DNA of 64,000 nucleotides from Blepharisma stoltei ATCC 30299 (GCA_965603825.1 CBFDEM010000047.1:1-64000), one strand, 5' to 3'. Shown: positions 24,138 through 36,034, counted from the first letter of the stretch. Program-made: numbers and translations. The notes: a model not told the origin generated them from the letters alone.

Positions 24138-24511
24138 TCTTTAATTTAAACTATAATCAGTAATAATTCTGGCCCATTTTCAACAATGCTGAAAAGATAC
24201 AAAAATAGATAAAATACAAAAATACAAAAACCTGAGAATATAAGGGTTTATAAGATAAAAGATACCAAAGAAAACCTTATTTTCTTTGGTTTATCACTTT
24301 GTTTTGATGAATCTGTCTATGTTTTTTAAGCAAGCGTTACAGAAGCTACTAAATAAATATTTTCTTATAGTTAGCACAATTTATAATAATTTTAATTTGA
24401 AATAAGTTTTGTCAAAAAAATACGTGTAAATTATATGAAAAGTTCATTTTTTTACTAATATTATTTAGAAATGAGTTTGATGAAAATTTATTTGAATATA
24501 AAACGATATAA

Positions 24512-24937
24512 ATGGCTGAGTTCTATATAAAGCTTCTCTTCAGGATTATACACATTACAGCTGGCTGCTTAATTATTGGAAGCCATTTAGCTGACAGCAT
24601 TTTTGGAAAGCGAGACGAAGGATATGGATTTTTCTTCCCAATCACTGGTTCTCTACTTTTCATTTCTGGAGTCATCAATTTAATCCTTCTCAGGCCAAGC
24701 AAAACAATGGGAAACGAAAGAAAGCCATGACTATATGCAATTTATGTAAAAATAGTGATCTGGTTTTTGTGCCTGCCAATTATAGACTTAATATGTAGCT
24801 GAATGGGCTTTGAGTTCCCTCGAGAGCCTTTTACTATATTGCTTATGATAGCTGTGATCCTTGTAAGCTCATATGCCAAACAAATAAGAGACTCAATCAT
24901 GCTAAATCGGCTTAAGAATGAGTGGCTAAACCCTTAA
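24512..24937 (+). CDS. Small four-TM membrane protein (141 aa)
   Basis: Frame continues through two TGA(Trp) codons to TAA 24935-24937; four hydrophobic segments. Confidence 0.75.
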
Positions 24938-25093
24938 AAATTATTTAAATAAATTATTCTTTATTTTACTATTTAAAAGTCATATAATATTTTTCAAAAA
25001 TACTCAATAAATGCGATTTTTCGATTTTCCTAAAAAAAACAAAGCCAAATTTGTATTGATTCAAAAAATTTATTATCGTTGTTTATAATCAAT

Positions 25094-27082
25094 ATGTCTA
25101 CTCGTGAGAAAAAACCCGAATCCAGCGCAATCCAAGACTTCTTGAGAAGAGTCTTTTTGAACTACTCAGTCTCCGGCACTCGCTACAGCATGAACTACCT
25201 GCGTCTCCCAAAATACATCCAGCTCTGCGAAGATGCTCACCTTCTCGGGCAAGACTTGAAATCTAGAGATATTGAAGTCCTGTTCCATTCTCTCAACAAA
25301 AGGAACCCAAATATGACTTTTAAAGCCTTTTTGGAGACTTTTACAAAACTTTCTGAGCTGAAGTTCCCAGACCTCTTTAGAAGAAACCCAGGAGAAGCCT
25401 TTTCCAAACTAATCATGGCCCATTTCCTGCCTCTGGCTGAAGAGCTGCAAGCTAAACGAGAGCTGGTGACTGACGACATGCTGGAAGTCTCTGAAGACTG
25501 CAAAATGATCCTCCACAACGTCAACAAAGGCTTAAAGCAGCTCTATTTGGACACTTTTAGCTGGGAAACTGAAAACGAAACATATGACAACATAATGAAC
25601 AAGTCCCAAAACGCCTTAGAAATATTACTGAGAGAGCTTGACATTTACCCAGCCCTCATCAGCAAGGCTAAAATCTACTCCTTTTGGCGAGACATCGTGA
25701 TAATGCAAGACGCGACTTTTCAGCCAGCAGTCGAGCTCCTTCCTCAAGGCACCCAAGACATCGGCAAAGTCCTCACCCTCAGCAAGTTTATATTGATAAT
25801 CTACCTCTGCTCTATTTTTGGGTACCAAGAATCCCAAGTTTCCCCTAACTCCAATTCTGAAAAACTGCTAATTCTGTTAGAAAGAATGGAACTTACCCGA
25901 AACAGCGCCATTGCTTCTAAGAACTCATTATTGCCTTCGACAGACGTAATGCAAATTATTATGCAAAAAGAGCAAGCTGAAATCCAACCTTCTCAACTTG
26001 AAAACCAGTCAGTAGATGAAAACGCTGACTATGGCTTAGACCAAGAAGGCGAAGAAATTGTAGAAAAATACGCGTATAGGATCCAGAGGATTTTCCAGGT
26101 TTACTGTGCATATGGAGATGCTCTTAATACGTCTTCAATGAAGTCTTCAAACTTGTTAAAGCTGCTAAAAGACTGTGGATTATTAAGCGAAACCCAGGTC
26201 TCAGAAAGCTTTGATATATCAGTTTGTAGGAAAGGCAAGGAGGTGCCTATTATTACTGCAGTCGAAATTGACTTGATTTTTTCAAAGCTGACAGGGATTA
26301 ATAAAGTTAATAAAAACCAAAAACTGGCCAGGAAAATCGATTTTCAGCAGTTTTTGAAAGCATTGGAAATTATTGCAAGAAAAGTTTACCCAACACAGCC
26401 AATACAAGAAGCGTACCGTTTGCTGCTGGAAGAGTATATTTTGAAGCTAGAAGAAGAACTAAATGAAAGCAGAATAGTGTGTTCAGAAAACATTAAGGAG
26501 GCGCTGGAGAGCTTGAAAAATGATGATATTATTGAAGCTCTCAGCATTGTGCATAGGTCAATTTTATATTTTTATAGATATTACACTGACAACCAAAATC
26601 TTATGAGCTATAACAATTTCATTGCTTTTTGCAGAGATTTCGAATTATTCCCTGATTTGGTCTCCAAAACTAAACTTGTCAGGTTTTTCTACACCTTGGC
26701 TGGAATGGCCAATGAAAATGAGCCTGGAGTCTCATTAGATGCAAGCTTATCTCGCACGTCAATCCAAGAAAAACTCAGCAAGACTTCAACTGAGACAATT
26801 GATGAGCATTTATTTGTGGAAGCTTTAGCCTTGATTTCTGCTGAAGTAAAATACGAAGACCCGAACTTGAACCCTATTGAAAAACTTTGCTTTTTGATGG
26901 AAAGGATGAGCCAAAGCACTGGCCCAGTGAAGATTTTGAGAGAACAAGGGCATAACAGAAGCTCTCATGGAGAAATCCATGATTTATTGGCATTGCTAAA
27001 GGTGAGATACCCTCAGATTCTGGACCATACCCAGAAGAAAGAGTTGAACTTCGAAGATTTGGCCTCTTTAATTTCAATCTAA
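25094..27082 (+). CDS. p25-alpha/TPPP-like multidomain protein (662 aa)
   Basis: MKSSNLLKLLKDCGLL...EIDLIFSKL...RKIDFQQFLKALEIIA plus a diverged N-terminal copy (YIQLCEDAHLL...DIEVLF...MTFKAFL). Confidence 0.7.
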   Translation: MSTREKKPESSAIQDFLRRVFLNYSVSGTRYSMNYLRLPKYIQLCEDAHLLGQDLKSRDIEVLFHSLNKRNPNMTFKAFLETFTKLSELKFPDLFRRNPGEAFSKLIMAHFLPLAEELQAKRELVTDDMLEVSEDCKMILHNVNKGLKQLYLDTFSWETENETYDNIMNKSQNALEILLRELDIYPALISKAKIYSFWRDIVIMQDATFQPAVELLPQGTQDIGKVLTLSKFILIIYLCSIFGYQESQVSPNSNSEKLLILLERMELTRNSAIASKNSLLPSTDVMQIIMQKEQAEIQPSQLENQSVDENADYGLDQEGEEIVEKYAYRIQRIFQVYCAYGDALNTSSMKSSNLLKLLKDCGLLSETQVSESFDISVCRKGKEVPIITAVEIDLIFSKLTGINKVNKNQKLARKIDFQQFLKALEIIARKVYPTQPIQEAYRLLLEEYILKLEEELNESRIVCSENIKEALESLKNDDIIEALSIVHRSILYFYRYYTDNQNLMSYNNFIAFCRDFELFPDLVSKTKLVRFFYTLAGMANENEPGVSLDASLSRTSIQEKLSKTSTETIDEHLFVEALALISAEVKYEDPNLNPIEKLCFLMERMSQSTGPVKILREQGHNRSSHGEIHDLLALLKVRYPQILDHTQKKELNFEDLASLISI

Positions 27083-27192
27083 CTAACAATTAGAATAATT
27101 TATAATAGATTTGGTTGGCTAAGCCATGAAGAATAGACTCTCTTATATTGAAGATTGCTCTAGGTATTTAGAAGAGTATAATTAACTTACAA

Positions 27193-28266
27193 TTAAAGCT
27201 CCGTTGAGTTCATGAAGCACTTGTTTCGGTCTAAAATATGTTGGAGAGGATTTATTCGTATTGGAAGAGAGTCTTTAGGAGCCCTTAATGTCTTAAAGCC
27301 AATATAAGCAGTTTTCGAGCTTTTAGATGTTTTTGGCAATGATGTCTGTTTGTTAGTTATCGGGAATTTTTCATTAACTTTCTTATATGATCTGTTTTGG
27401 GTATAATGGAAACTAAGCGTAAGGCTCCTTACCGGCCTGCTTTTTTTCGGGAATTTCCTATTAAGCTCAGCTAAAAAACTCCTTAAAGTGTCTGTTAATA
27501 TAAAATTGCAAATATTTTTTACAATGCAATACCTATAAGTGCAAATCAGTTTTCCTCCTGAATTTTGGCTTAAGACTAAAAGAATAGAGGCTTCGCAGCA
27601 TTTGCTGATAGGCACGTTTTCTCCCATTATAAGTCCATTGAAAATTTGGTCATAAGGATTATAATAGCAATATAAGTTTTCTACAGAAAAGGCGCAGTCT
27701 GTAAAAATAGTCAATAAAAAGTCATAAACAAGTTTATTAAAGTTTTCCTCGATCAGCTTAACGCCAAATTTATCTTTAGAAACCAAAATTTCTGCAGGGA
27801 TTTTGGCTTTTCCAGTAATGAAAATATTTTTATAATCGCGTGGCTCAGGAGGGCTGGAATTTGAGAAGTCTTCTATTTCTGGAGAATTAGCAGCACTTGT
27901 GTGTTCTTCAATGACCGGGCTACCCGTTAAAGGGTCTCTGATTGATTTACTGCGCAGCTCTGAAGCATCGTCTCTTTTGAATCGGGACGCAAGCTTAAAC
28001 TCTCCACCAATGATCTGGGAGTTTGCTTTGAGTTTTTCTTTAATTGCGTTTTTGTTGAAGTTTGGGTCAAGGACAAAAGTTTCTTCTTCTTCCTCGTCGT
28101 TTTCTAAAGTCCTATAAAAAGAATGTGCGCTTAAATCTGGGACTTCTTTACTCGGCCTTCTGATAACGACATGCTTATAAATTGTCATTCTCGGCTTGAC
28201 TTTTACATTTATACCTTGGGTTTTTCTTATAACTGAATCATTAATGAGATAATCCTCCTTCTCCAT
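27193..28266 (-). CDS. Hypothetical protein (357 aa)
   Basis: Uninterrupted ATG-TAA ORF with coding-like composition; no motif recognised. Confidence 0.7.
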   Translation of the reverse strand: MEKEDYLINDSVIRKTQGINVKVKPRMTIYKHVVIRRPSKEVPDLSAHSFYRTLENDEEEEETFVLDPNFNKNAIKEKLKANSQIIGGEFKLASRFKRDDASELRSKSIRDPLTGSPVIEEHTSAANSPEIEDFSNSSPPEPRDYKNIFITGKAKIPAEILVSKDKFGVKLIEENFNKLVYDFLLTIFTDCAFSVENLYCYYNPYDQIFNGLIMGENVPISKCCEASILLVLSQNSGGKLICTYRYCIVKNICNFILTDTLRSFLAELNRKFPKKSRPVRSLTLSFHYTQNRSYKKVNEKFPITNKQTSLPKTSKSSKTAYIGFKTLRAPKDSLPIRINPLQHILDRNKCFMNSTEL

Positions 28267-28301
28267 TTTACTTCTTTAAATATTAATTGTATAAATTCGG
28301 C

Positions 28302-29108
28302 TTATCCTATTGCCCTGGATTTTAGAAACTTTCTCTGGGATTCTCTAAGTCTCAGCAAGACTTCGCTTTTGTTTTCGATCTGCTTCATGATATTTTCCAT
28401 TCTCTGCCTCCACTCAGTGTCGTATTGATAAGAATTATTTTTCAAGTTTCTGTACTCTGCTTTTAAATTTTCCAATTCTTCTTCAACCCTGTCAGCTTCT
28501 CCATCAATTTCAGGAATTTCAAGTGAAACTTGGGGTTTTTGGATTTTCATAGGAAACTCTTCTTCGTCTTTTCTGCGAGAAATATCTGTTTCTCTTCTGG
28601 AGTAGTTAAAAGAGGTGTTACCTGACATATTGTTTATTTTTTCATTGATTTTCATATCATAGTCGCTTTCTAATGATCTTTTTTCCTTTTCAAGCTGCTG
28701 GACACGCCTCAAAATCAATTCATTTTCCTCTTCTTTTGAGCTGAGCTGCCGCTTTAAATTTCTGATTTCAGACTGCAAGAGACTGATAGTCCCATCTTTT
28801 TCTGCATTATTTTTGGCCTCTGTCCGCAGATTTTTGACGTCGTCTTCAAGCTTCCGATTGCTGCTTTCTAATAAAAGCACCTTATCGCTCATAAGGTTTA
28901 GCTGGGCTATTAAATCTTGTTCTCTCCCATGAAAAAGCTGACTTAGCCTGTCCATTTCTTGTTCTCATGCAGATTTTTCGTCATTATATTTCGTCTGGCA
29001 TTGGAAAAATTTGTTTTGAAGCTGCTGATTTTGGTCTCTAAGCTCTTTTAGCTGGGTCTGCATCACTTTGAGTGCTGCAGATGCCGCAGACGTAACTTCA
29101 AAGCTCAT
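28302..29108 (-). CDS. Coiled-coil protein, possibly CEP57/translokin-like (268 aa)
   Basis: ORF extends upstream through a TGA to ATG 29108. SAALKVMQTQLKEL and C-terminal EEELENLKAEY...MENIMKQIENKSEVLLRLRESQ recall the Cep57 end blocks (tentative). Confidence 0.55.
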
Positions 29109-29308
29109 GTCTTGTTTTAAAATTCCATTTAAATGAAGATTCATATAAAATTCTTGCCAGAGAATGACTTTGATAATATATTATTATTTTGGAGTATATC
29201 AAGCTTGATTTTAGCAGAATGTTTACACTCAGCCTATTTAATTAATAAGTATGGTATATTTTGATATAAGCTCAATAAGCTCCCTTTCAGTTGTTCAGTA
29301 ACATAATT

Positions 29309-30205
29309 ATGGTAAGCCTAGGAAGCAGAGCTGAAACAAAGAAAGAGATGGTTTTTTATAACGTAAATTCAAGAAAATTCGAGTCTGAAATAAACAGCAG
29401 CATGAAAGACATACTTAACAAGATGAAAGGAGCTAATGAGAAACTAGGAGAAGAAAAAAATTCAAAAGAATTCTATAATTCAGAACAAAGGGCAATTATC
29501 AGGCACTATAATAGAGAAAATAAAATAAAGTTCAAGCACCCACTATTGATTGGATGCAGATATAATGGTCAGCTGGAAAGGACAAAAAGCTTTGGGACTA
29601 AAAACGAAAATTCCAGTGTTTATGTAAACCAAATTAATAAAACACCGAATCCAGCTTCTAAGAATTATATTCTTGGTGACAGCACGTCCCCTAAGCAATT
29701 TTCTTATTTAGATACCGAGCTTTTTTCAAGCAAAAATCTCCAGCCAAGAATTAATATGGAGAATGATTTGCAAAACGTGAAACGATCATTAAAAACTCCG
29801 ATAAGAAATTCAAGAACCTCCCAAAATGATCCAGCCACTGATGACTTAAAGATATCTTACTTAAGAAAATCACCCTTGAAATCAATGCCAAGTGACCTAT
29901 CCTACAAATTTCCTCTGTCAAGGGAATTGTCACTTAAAAATACAAAAATTATTAGAAGAGATAAAAACCCTCTCAAAAACTCGTCAACTCCTTTGGTCCA
30001 TGATAGATCAACTTCCCAATACTCAAATCCAAGATGTAATTCTCCATTTAAAGAACCACTGGACTCAAAACTATCAAAGTGTGGGTCACCAATTGTACTA
30101 AGATCTTTTGACAAAATTATTAATTATTCAGCAGAAAATAAACGATTTATAAAACCTAAAAAAATCATCAGAAGTTTTAACTATCAGAAAACCAATATTT
30201 TTTAA
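29309..30205 (+). CDS. Hypothetical basic Ser/Pro-rich protein (298 aa)
   Basis: ORF from ATG 29309 to TAA; low-complexity K/S/N/P composition. Confidence 0.65.
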   Translation: MVSLGSRAETKKEMVFYNVNSRKFESEINSSMKDILNKMKGANEKLGEEKNSKEFYNSEQRAIIRHYNRENKIKFKHPLLIGCRYNGQLERTKSFGTKNENSSVYVNQINKTPNPASKNYILGDSTSPKQFSYLDTELFSSKNLQPRINMENDLQNVKRSLKTPIRNSRTSQNDPATDDLKISYLRKSPLKSMPSDLSYKFPLSRELSLKNTKIIRRDKNPLKNSSTPLVHDRSTSQYSNPRCNSPFKEPLDSKLSKCGSPIVLRSFDKIINYSAENKRFIKPKKIIRSFNYQKTNIF

Positions 30206-30451
30206 ATTAATGTAAGAAATATCATAATATGGATCTTAAACTGACTTCGCATTATATCATTTTCTCTTAAAAATATTCTGCTTCATCCTCAAATTTTTTT
30301 AATTTCCCTATTCCTATCATAAAAATTTCTCTTTTCCTTATTTATTTTTGTCTTATCTTCATTCTGTTATAACCTTATCATCTATAGATAAAAAACTCCC
30401 ATTAAATCCTCAAAAAAATTCAAAGCCTTACCTTATCTGATAATATTTAAT

Positions 30452-33028
30452 ATGGAGGTTCAAAAAAAGCCTTATAATAAACCAAAACACAAATATCGGG
30501 CCAAAAATCCTTCTAAACCCTCTAACGAAGAAGAAAAGCACCCCAAAGACATCGAGTTTTCCAACCCAAGGCCCAATAAAGCTTCAAAAAACAAGCAAAG
30601 CAGATGGCAAGTCAACCAAGGATCTGAACAATGTTCAGAACTTGTCAACAAGCTAAAAAACAGAGAACTCGAATGCATTATTTGCATAAACCCAATTGGC
30701 TGGAGAGCCAAAATTTGGACTTGTGAAGTCTGCAGAATTCCAGAGCATCTCAGCTGCATTAAAAAGTGGCGAGACAGTGCAGGACTCACCTGGAATTGCC
30801 CTGCATGCAATTTTTCATACTCAGATGAGCCAAAATACAAGTGTTTTTGTGGGAAAGTTGAAGACCCCCTGCCTCAGCCTATGATTCCTCCACACTCTTG
30901 TGGGGAAATTTGTGGCCGTAAGAGAGGCGAGGACTGTCCTCATCTATGTCCACAGCAATGCCACCCTGGGGCTTGTCCACCTTGTACGTCGATGGCACCT
31001 ATTCAAAACTGTCCTTGTGGAAAAACCATGTATCAGACTTTGTGTAAGGACAAGGCAAATATCCAGACATGTGAAAATATCTGTGACAAAATTTTAGCTT
31101 GTGGGTCACATAGGTGTAAAGAAAAATGCCATGCTGGGGAATGCAAAAACTGTGGAGTGAAGAATCTTAGAAGATGTCCATGTGATAAAGAAGAAATTCT
31201 GGCAGATTGTGGGGTAAAAGAACTATCATGTGGGAAGAAATGTGAAAAAATTCTGAGCTGTGGAAACCATAAATGCCAAAAAATTTGCCATGAAGAATAC
31301 TGTGGCGATTGCGAATTTTTGCCAAGCAAAGTGAGCACTTGCCCTTGTGGTAAAAGTTCCCTGGATTTACTACTAATTGAGCCAAGAAGTTCTTGCTTAG
31401 ACCCAATCCCATCCTGCTATATGCCCTGCAATAAGACCCTTCCATGTGGCCACGGTTGTAAAGTCTCATGTCACATCGGAAAATGCCCTCCTTGTACTCT
31501 AAAACAAGAAGTCCCTTGCCGCTGTGGGCTTTCTCAGGGATTTCTGACCTGTTCTGATCTTACATCCGGCAAAACCTTACTCTGCAACAAGCCTTGCAAC
31601 ACCAAAAAATCATGTAAAAAGCACCGATGTCAAGAAATCTGCTGCTCAGTAAGCGGAGAAAAGCACCACCCATTCCACCAATGCACAGAAATCTGCAGAA
31701 AATTGCTTAACTGCGGCATCCACAGCTGCTTACTACACTGTCACTTAGGGAACTGTGAGCCTTGCAGTGTCTTATACAAAGAACGCAAATTCTGTGCCTG
31801 TGGAAAAACCTACAAAGACCCACCTCTTAGATGTGGAACTAGCGACCTAACTGTCCCTTGTACAGAGAAGTGCAGCAAGCCTTTGCCATGTGGCCACAAC
31901 TGTCAAAGCATCTGCCACCCTGGGGACTGTCCTCCTTGTTTTGCCTTAATCGAAAAGCCTTGCAAATGTGGAAAAATGTACAGGCCAGTCCAATGCAACG
32001 TAAAAACAGTCTCCTGTGGCAAACCATGCATGAATCCTAAAAAGTGTGGCCATCTCTGTACCTTAAAATGCCATAGCGGAGAATGTGAACTAGAGCCCTG
32101 TACTTCTATTTGTGGCAAGAAAAAGCCTAGCTGTGACCATACCTGCATCCTAGTCTGCCATGAAGGTCCTTGTCCAATCAGCCAATGTGAAGTGGGCGTC
32201 AAAGTCTACTGCAGCTGCAAAATGCAGTTTGAGATCAGAAAATGCTACGAAAATAAAGAAAAAGAATGCACAGCCGAATGCGAAAGCTTACAAAGAGCTA
32301 AAAATATTCAAGAAGCCTTAGGTTCTGGACATGCTGAAGATGAGACTTATTCAGAAAGCTTGGTCGAGTACGGAAAAGCCAACCCAGACTTCTTGTCCAA
32401 GCTCGAAAAAAAGCTAGACGAAATTTTGACCAAAAAAACCAAGGTAAATTTTTTGCCACAAATGAAAGCAGAACACAGAGCTTTTTGCCACGAGCTTATC
32501 GCTGACCATTACAACCTTGAGACTCTTTCACTTGATCAGGAGCCTTATAGGTCTGTTCTTGTATATATGACTGAAAACGCGAAAAAGCCTAAGCCTCTAT
32601 TATCGCATTTTATTAATTTAGTGAAGCAAGGTATTGTAAAAGAGCCTGACAAGGCTGAGTATATGGCTTCATTGCTATTTTACCAGCTTTCTGCAGCTGT
32701 TGTCACTGACGATCTGTTAGATGTCTTACAAAAATACCAAAAAGAGTTTATTATAGAGTGGGTTAACGACCATTCAGCATATGCCCACTTTTATAGCTAT
32801 AACCAGTGTAATGAAGCATATAAGATGCTTCAAAGAATCCCAGGGCAGTACTCGGTGGTGAAGATGATTAATCATACGAAGACGGAAGGGACTGAAGGGT
32901 TTAAGAAAAAGTTCAGGAACACCAAGAAAAAAGCTATGGAATTTACTGATGAGCTGCCAGAGAAGCCACAAGAAAGCTCAGACCCTATAAATGAGCAGCC
33001 CAGCAGTCCTAAAGCCGCTTCTCAGTAA
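30452..33028 (+). CDS. NFX1: NF-X1-type zinc finger protein with RING, NF-X1 repeats and R3H (858 aa)
   Basis: CIICINPI...HLSCIKKW...WNCPAC RING; PHSCGEIC; many CGxHxCxxxCHxGxC repeats; R3H LPQMKAEHRAFCHEL. Confidence 0.92.
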   Translation: MEVQKKPYNKPKHKYRAKNPSKPSNEEEKHPKDIEFSNPRPNKASKNKQSRWQVNQGSEQCSELVNKLKNRELECIICINPIGWRAKIWTCEVCRIPEHLSCIKKWRDSAGLTWNCPACNFSYSDEPKYKCFCGKVEDPLPQPMIPPHSCGEICGRKRGEDCPHLCPQQCHPGACPPCTSMAPIQNCPCGKTMYQTLCKDKANIQTCENICDKILACGSHRCKEKCHAGECKNCGVKNLRRCPCDKEEILADCGVKELSCGKKCEKILSCGNHKCQKICHEEYCGDCEFLPSKVSTCPCGKSSLDLLLIEPRSSCLDPIPSCYMPCNKTLPCGHGCKVSCHIGKCPPCTLKQEVPCRCGLSQGFLTCSDLTSGKTLLCNKPCNTKKSCKKHRCQEICCSVSGEKHHPFHQCTEICRKLLNCGIHSCLLHCHLGNCEPCSVLYKERKFCACGKTYKDPPLRCGTSDLTVPCTEKCSKPLPCGHNCQSICHPGDCPPCFALIEKPCKCGKMYRPVQCNVKTVSCGKPCMNPKKCGHLCTLKCHSGECELEPCTSICGKKKPSCDHTCILVCHEGPCPISQCEVGVKVYCSCKMQFEIRKCYENKEKECTAECESLQRAKNIQEALGSGHAEDETYSESLVEYGKANPDFLSKLEKKLDEILTKKTKVNFLPQMKAEHRAFCHELIADHYNLETLSLDQEPYRSVLVYMTENAKKPKPLLSHFINLVKQGIVKEPDKAEYMASLLFYQLSAAVVTDDLLDVLQKYQKEFIIEWVNDHSAYAHFYSYNQCNEAYKMLQRIPGQYSVVKMINHTKTEGTEGFKKKFRNTKKKAMEFTDELPEKPQESSDPINEQPSSPKAASQ

Positions 33029-33110
33029 GAAAAACCTCAGCTTCTTCGCTAAAACCCCAAGTTAATTAGCCTTTAAACTTAGTTTTATAAAATCTTTTGG
33101 TATACATTAA

Positions 33111-35387
33111 CTATAATATCCTGCCGTTCATATTGTTTTCTACGTATTTTCTCTGCACTAAATATTTCTTACTGTCAGAAATGTCCACAAAAATGTCAGG
33201 CAAACTTTGCACCACGGTCGGGTCATAGATTTGGTCAGTGCTGTTATCGTTTTCTGACTCCATTTTTTCTTTGTATTGGACTGGGCCGAATTGTGTAGAA
33301 GTGACGCCTCGGGCTATTAGGACTTCTTCCATTTTTTCTTTGTTTATAGCTCTAGGGATCATTACGTCTGCGTTTTTTATCCAATTATGCTGGATTGCAG
33401 AGGCTGCTGACAGTCTTTCTGAAGGGTTTTTATTGAGCACTCTTCTGATAAAATCACTTGCATAAGGTGTAAAGTGCCGCCAATGTTGGTCATCATAATT
33501 TAAGCCGCCTTTAAGGGTAAGTTCAATTAAGACTTGCTTTTCTTTATGGTCAAAAGGAAGCCGCCCATGAAGAAGTAGGTAGGCGATAACTCCTACGCTT
33601 CAAATATCAACTTTATTGTTGTAGCCTCCTTGCTGCTGGGACAAAATTTCAGGAGCTGCATATCCTAAAGTCCCACATGGCAGACTTTGCAAGTCTCCTG
33701 GTCCTGCTAATTTTGACAGTCCAAAATCAGCGAGTTTTATCCTTGGAATATCTGAGTCGTCAGCTAGTAAAATATTTTCTGGCTTAATATCTCTATGAAT
33801 AATCCCCACATCATGCAAATAGCTGACCACTTCTAATAGCTGCCTTATGATTTGGCTTGCTGCATACTCAGAAAACAGCTTTTTTTGGACGATTCTTTGA
33901 AAAAGCTCTCCACCTGTGACCAATTCCATAACAATCAGCATATGTTTTTTGGTATCAAAAACCTCTTTAAGGTTTATTACTCCTGGGTGGTCTAAAAGCC
34001 TCATAATGGCGATCTCGCTCCTCAGCATATCTTTTTCCTGGTTATTCAGCTTAGTTTTATTGACAATTTTTACAGCCCATCTTTTCCCAGTGCTGTGTTC
34101 GGTACATATATTTACCTCAGAGAATTTCCCATTCCCTATCCTTTCGCCTAGCTCATAGTATTCTTTAAACTTCCTGGTTTTGGCGGCTTCTTCCAATTTT
34201 CTTACCCATTCGTCCCTTTCTTTTCTGGAATCGCACCACAAATTGACCTCTTTATAAGAGTTATTTTGGTGCGATAAAGTGATGCCGAATTTATTTGTCA
34301 AGAAAAAATCACCAATAATGTCTACATAGCAGCCTTCCATAAAGACGACCCCAGCTGGCATTTTGTCGTCAGCACAGTCGTTTATCATTAATAAACTTTT
34401 CTTTAAAGTAGCGAATTTTTTTTCTAAAGTGTCAGAACCTTTGGCTTTTTTATAGACAATTCCTGACATCTCAGAAGCCCCTTGGGTTTGTAAAGCAAGC
34501 ATTTTTATATCTTCGTCAAAAGAAAGTGATGAAGAAGGGCCCATCATTGTCCTGTGGTTTTTGCTGCCACGTTTTACTGTTGAAGGAAACCTATCGTCAC
34601 AGCGGATTCCGAACCAGACATCTTCTTTAAAAGCTGACGAAAAAGTTTCGAAAATAATTGGCTTCCTTGCAAGAAACTGTTTAAAATCTTCGAAATTCAG
34701 CGCATTTTTATCCCCGAACTGCTCCAAAATAGTTTTTGCGATCCCATGAACTCTTGCTGAGTACGTTTCAGGCTCAAGGCTGCAGGAAGTGCTATTCTGC
34801 CTAAAAGAAGAAAGTTTTCTAGTAGTCGACCGATTTGAAGTTTTCCTTATATTTATATATAAATCTTCAGTTTTCGCTGCGGTTTCCTTGTTTTCTGGAA
34901 CTGGGAGCGAAGTGACGGTTTCTTTAAAAGAATTGTGTATCTAATTTAAAATTACCATTGTAACAAGCTCAGATTTGTCAATTATTCCATCTTCATTTAA
35001 ATCGTATAGGTTGAAAATGATTTTGTATTTTTCCTCAAGAGTTCCTTTACTGAAAGCAGCAAGTCCTAATAAAAACCCGTCAAAATCAATTAATCCAGAA
35101 CCTGAAGTGTCAAACATGCGAAATAGCCTTTCACCTAAAAGCCCCTAAATAGCACATACAGGGAGTGGGAAAAACTGGAGAAAAGTGCTTTTATCGATGC
35201 AGTCTGTTGTGTCAGTTCTTCTTGAGAGGTCATAAAAAAGTTCTCTTAAAACATTTAATTCATCTTTAGTGACTGGATAATTATTACATTTTGTGAGCAC
35301 GTGCTTGATTTTGGCTGATAATCTTACTGGATTTAAAGTTGAGCTTTGAGGCCGAACCATCTTAGCTTTTGATGAACAATGTCCCAT
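33111..35387 (-). CDS. CDPK7: CDPK7-like kinase: N-terminal EF-hands, PH domain, CaMK-type kinase (748 aa; two 15-nt introns)
   Basis: After splicing it reads FFPLPGLLGERLFRMFD (EF), YDLNEDGIID (EF), PH ending ERDEWVRKL, and a kinase with HRDIKPEN/DFG/DIW (TGA 33600). The domain order matches alveolate CDPK7. Confidence 0.82.
34941..34955 (-). other. 15-nt intron GTAATTTTAAATTAG
   Basis: GT..AG, A at -6, terminal TAG in frame; splicing restores ELVTM|IHNSF. Confidence 0.85.
35145..35159 (-). other. 15-nt intron GTATGTGCTATTTAG
   Basis: Splicing restores the conserved PLP|GLLGERLF and removes an in-frame TAG. Confidence 0.9.
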
Positions 35388-36034
35388 TTATATCTAATTG
35401 TAAATCAAGAGTTATTTATTAAATCATTGGCGAGAATTGCTGATTTGATTAGTATAATAGTGGTTAAAATGAATAGATAAATTAAGATGAGTGGAATTTT
35501 TAGATTTGTATATTATTAGGTGAAGAAATTTTCTGGAAAATAATTTTTAGAAAAAAGGACTAAGAGTTTTTGTGAATAAATGTTAATAAGAAATTCGAAG
35601 TGAATTCATAATAATTTATTTTTAATAATATGCATGATAATATTTGTTTATTAAATAAGATGAGAAACTATTGCTATTATTTGAATTTTTTATTTAACTG
35701 TATGGTAGAGATTATATTAAGAACTCGAAAAAAAATTGAATTGCAATTAATTTTATACATAATCACTTTTATTTTGGTATATTTAGTCATTTCTTGTGTG
35801 CCATCCTTGAATAAAATGTCTCATTTATACTATAAATATCTTTTCTTACTTATTTTCAAAATTCCATAATTAGCTTTAGCGTTTTACTCTTTGTTTTTGA
35901 ATATATTTTAGTTTGCTGCATTTAATATATTAAACATTATTATTTTTTATAATAAATTCCGCTTCATATAATATATCCTGCATTTCTATGTAATTTTTAT
36001 TATCATTTATTAAACATTTGCATTAATTTACAAA

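Noticed and set aside
35630-35869. 79-aa ORF in the kinase intergenic region (similarly 14846-15073 and 48333-48593)
   Set aside because: Extremely AT-rich, F/I/L/K/Y-biased translation typical of non-coding DNA.
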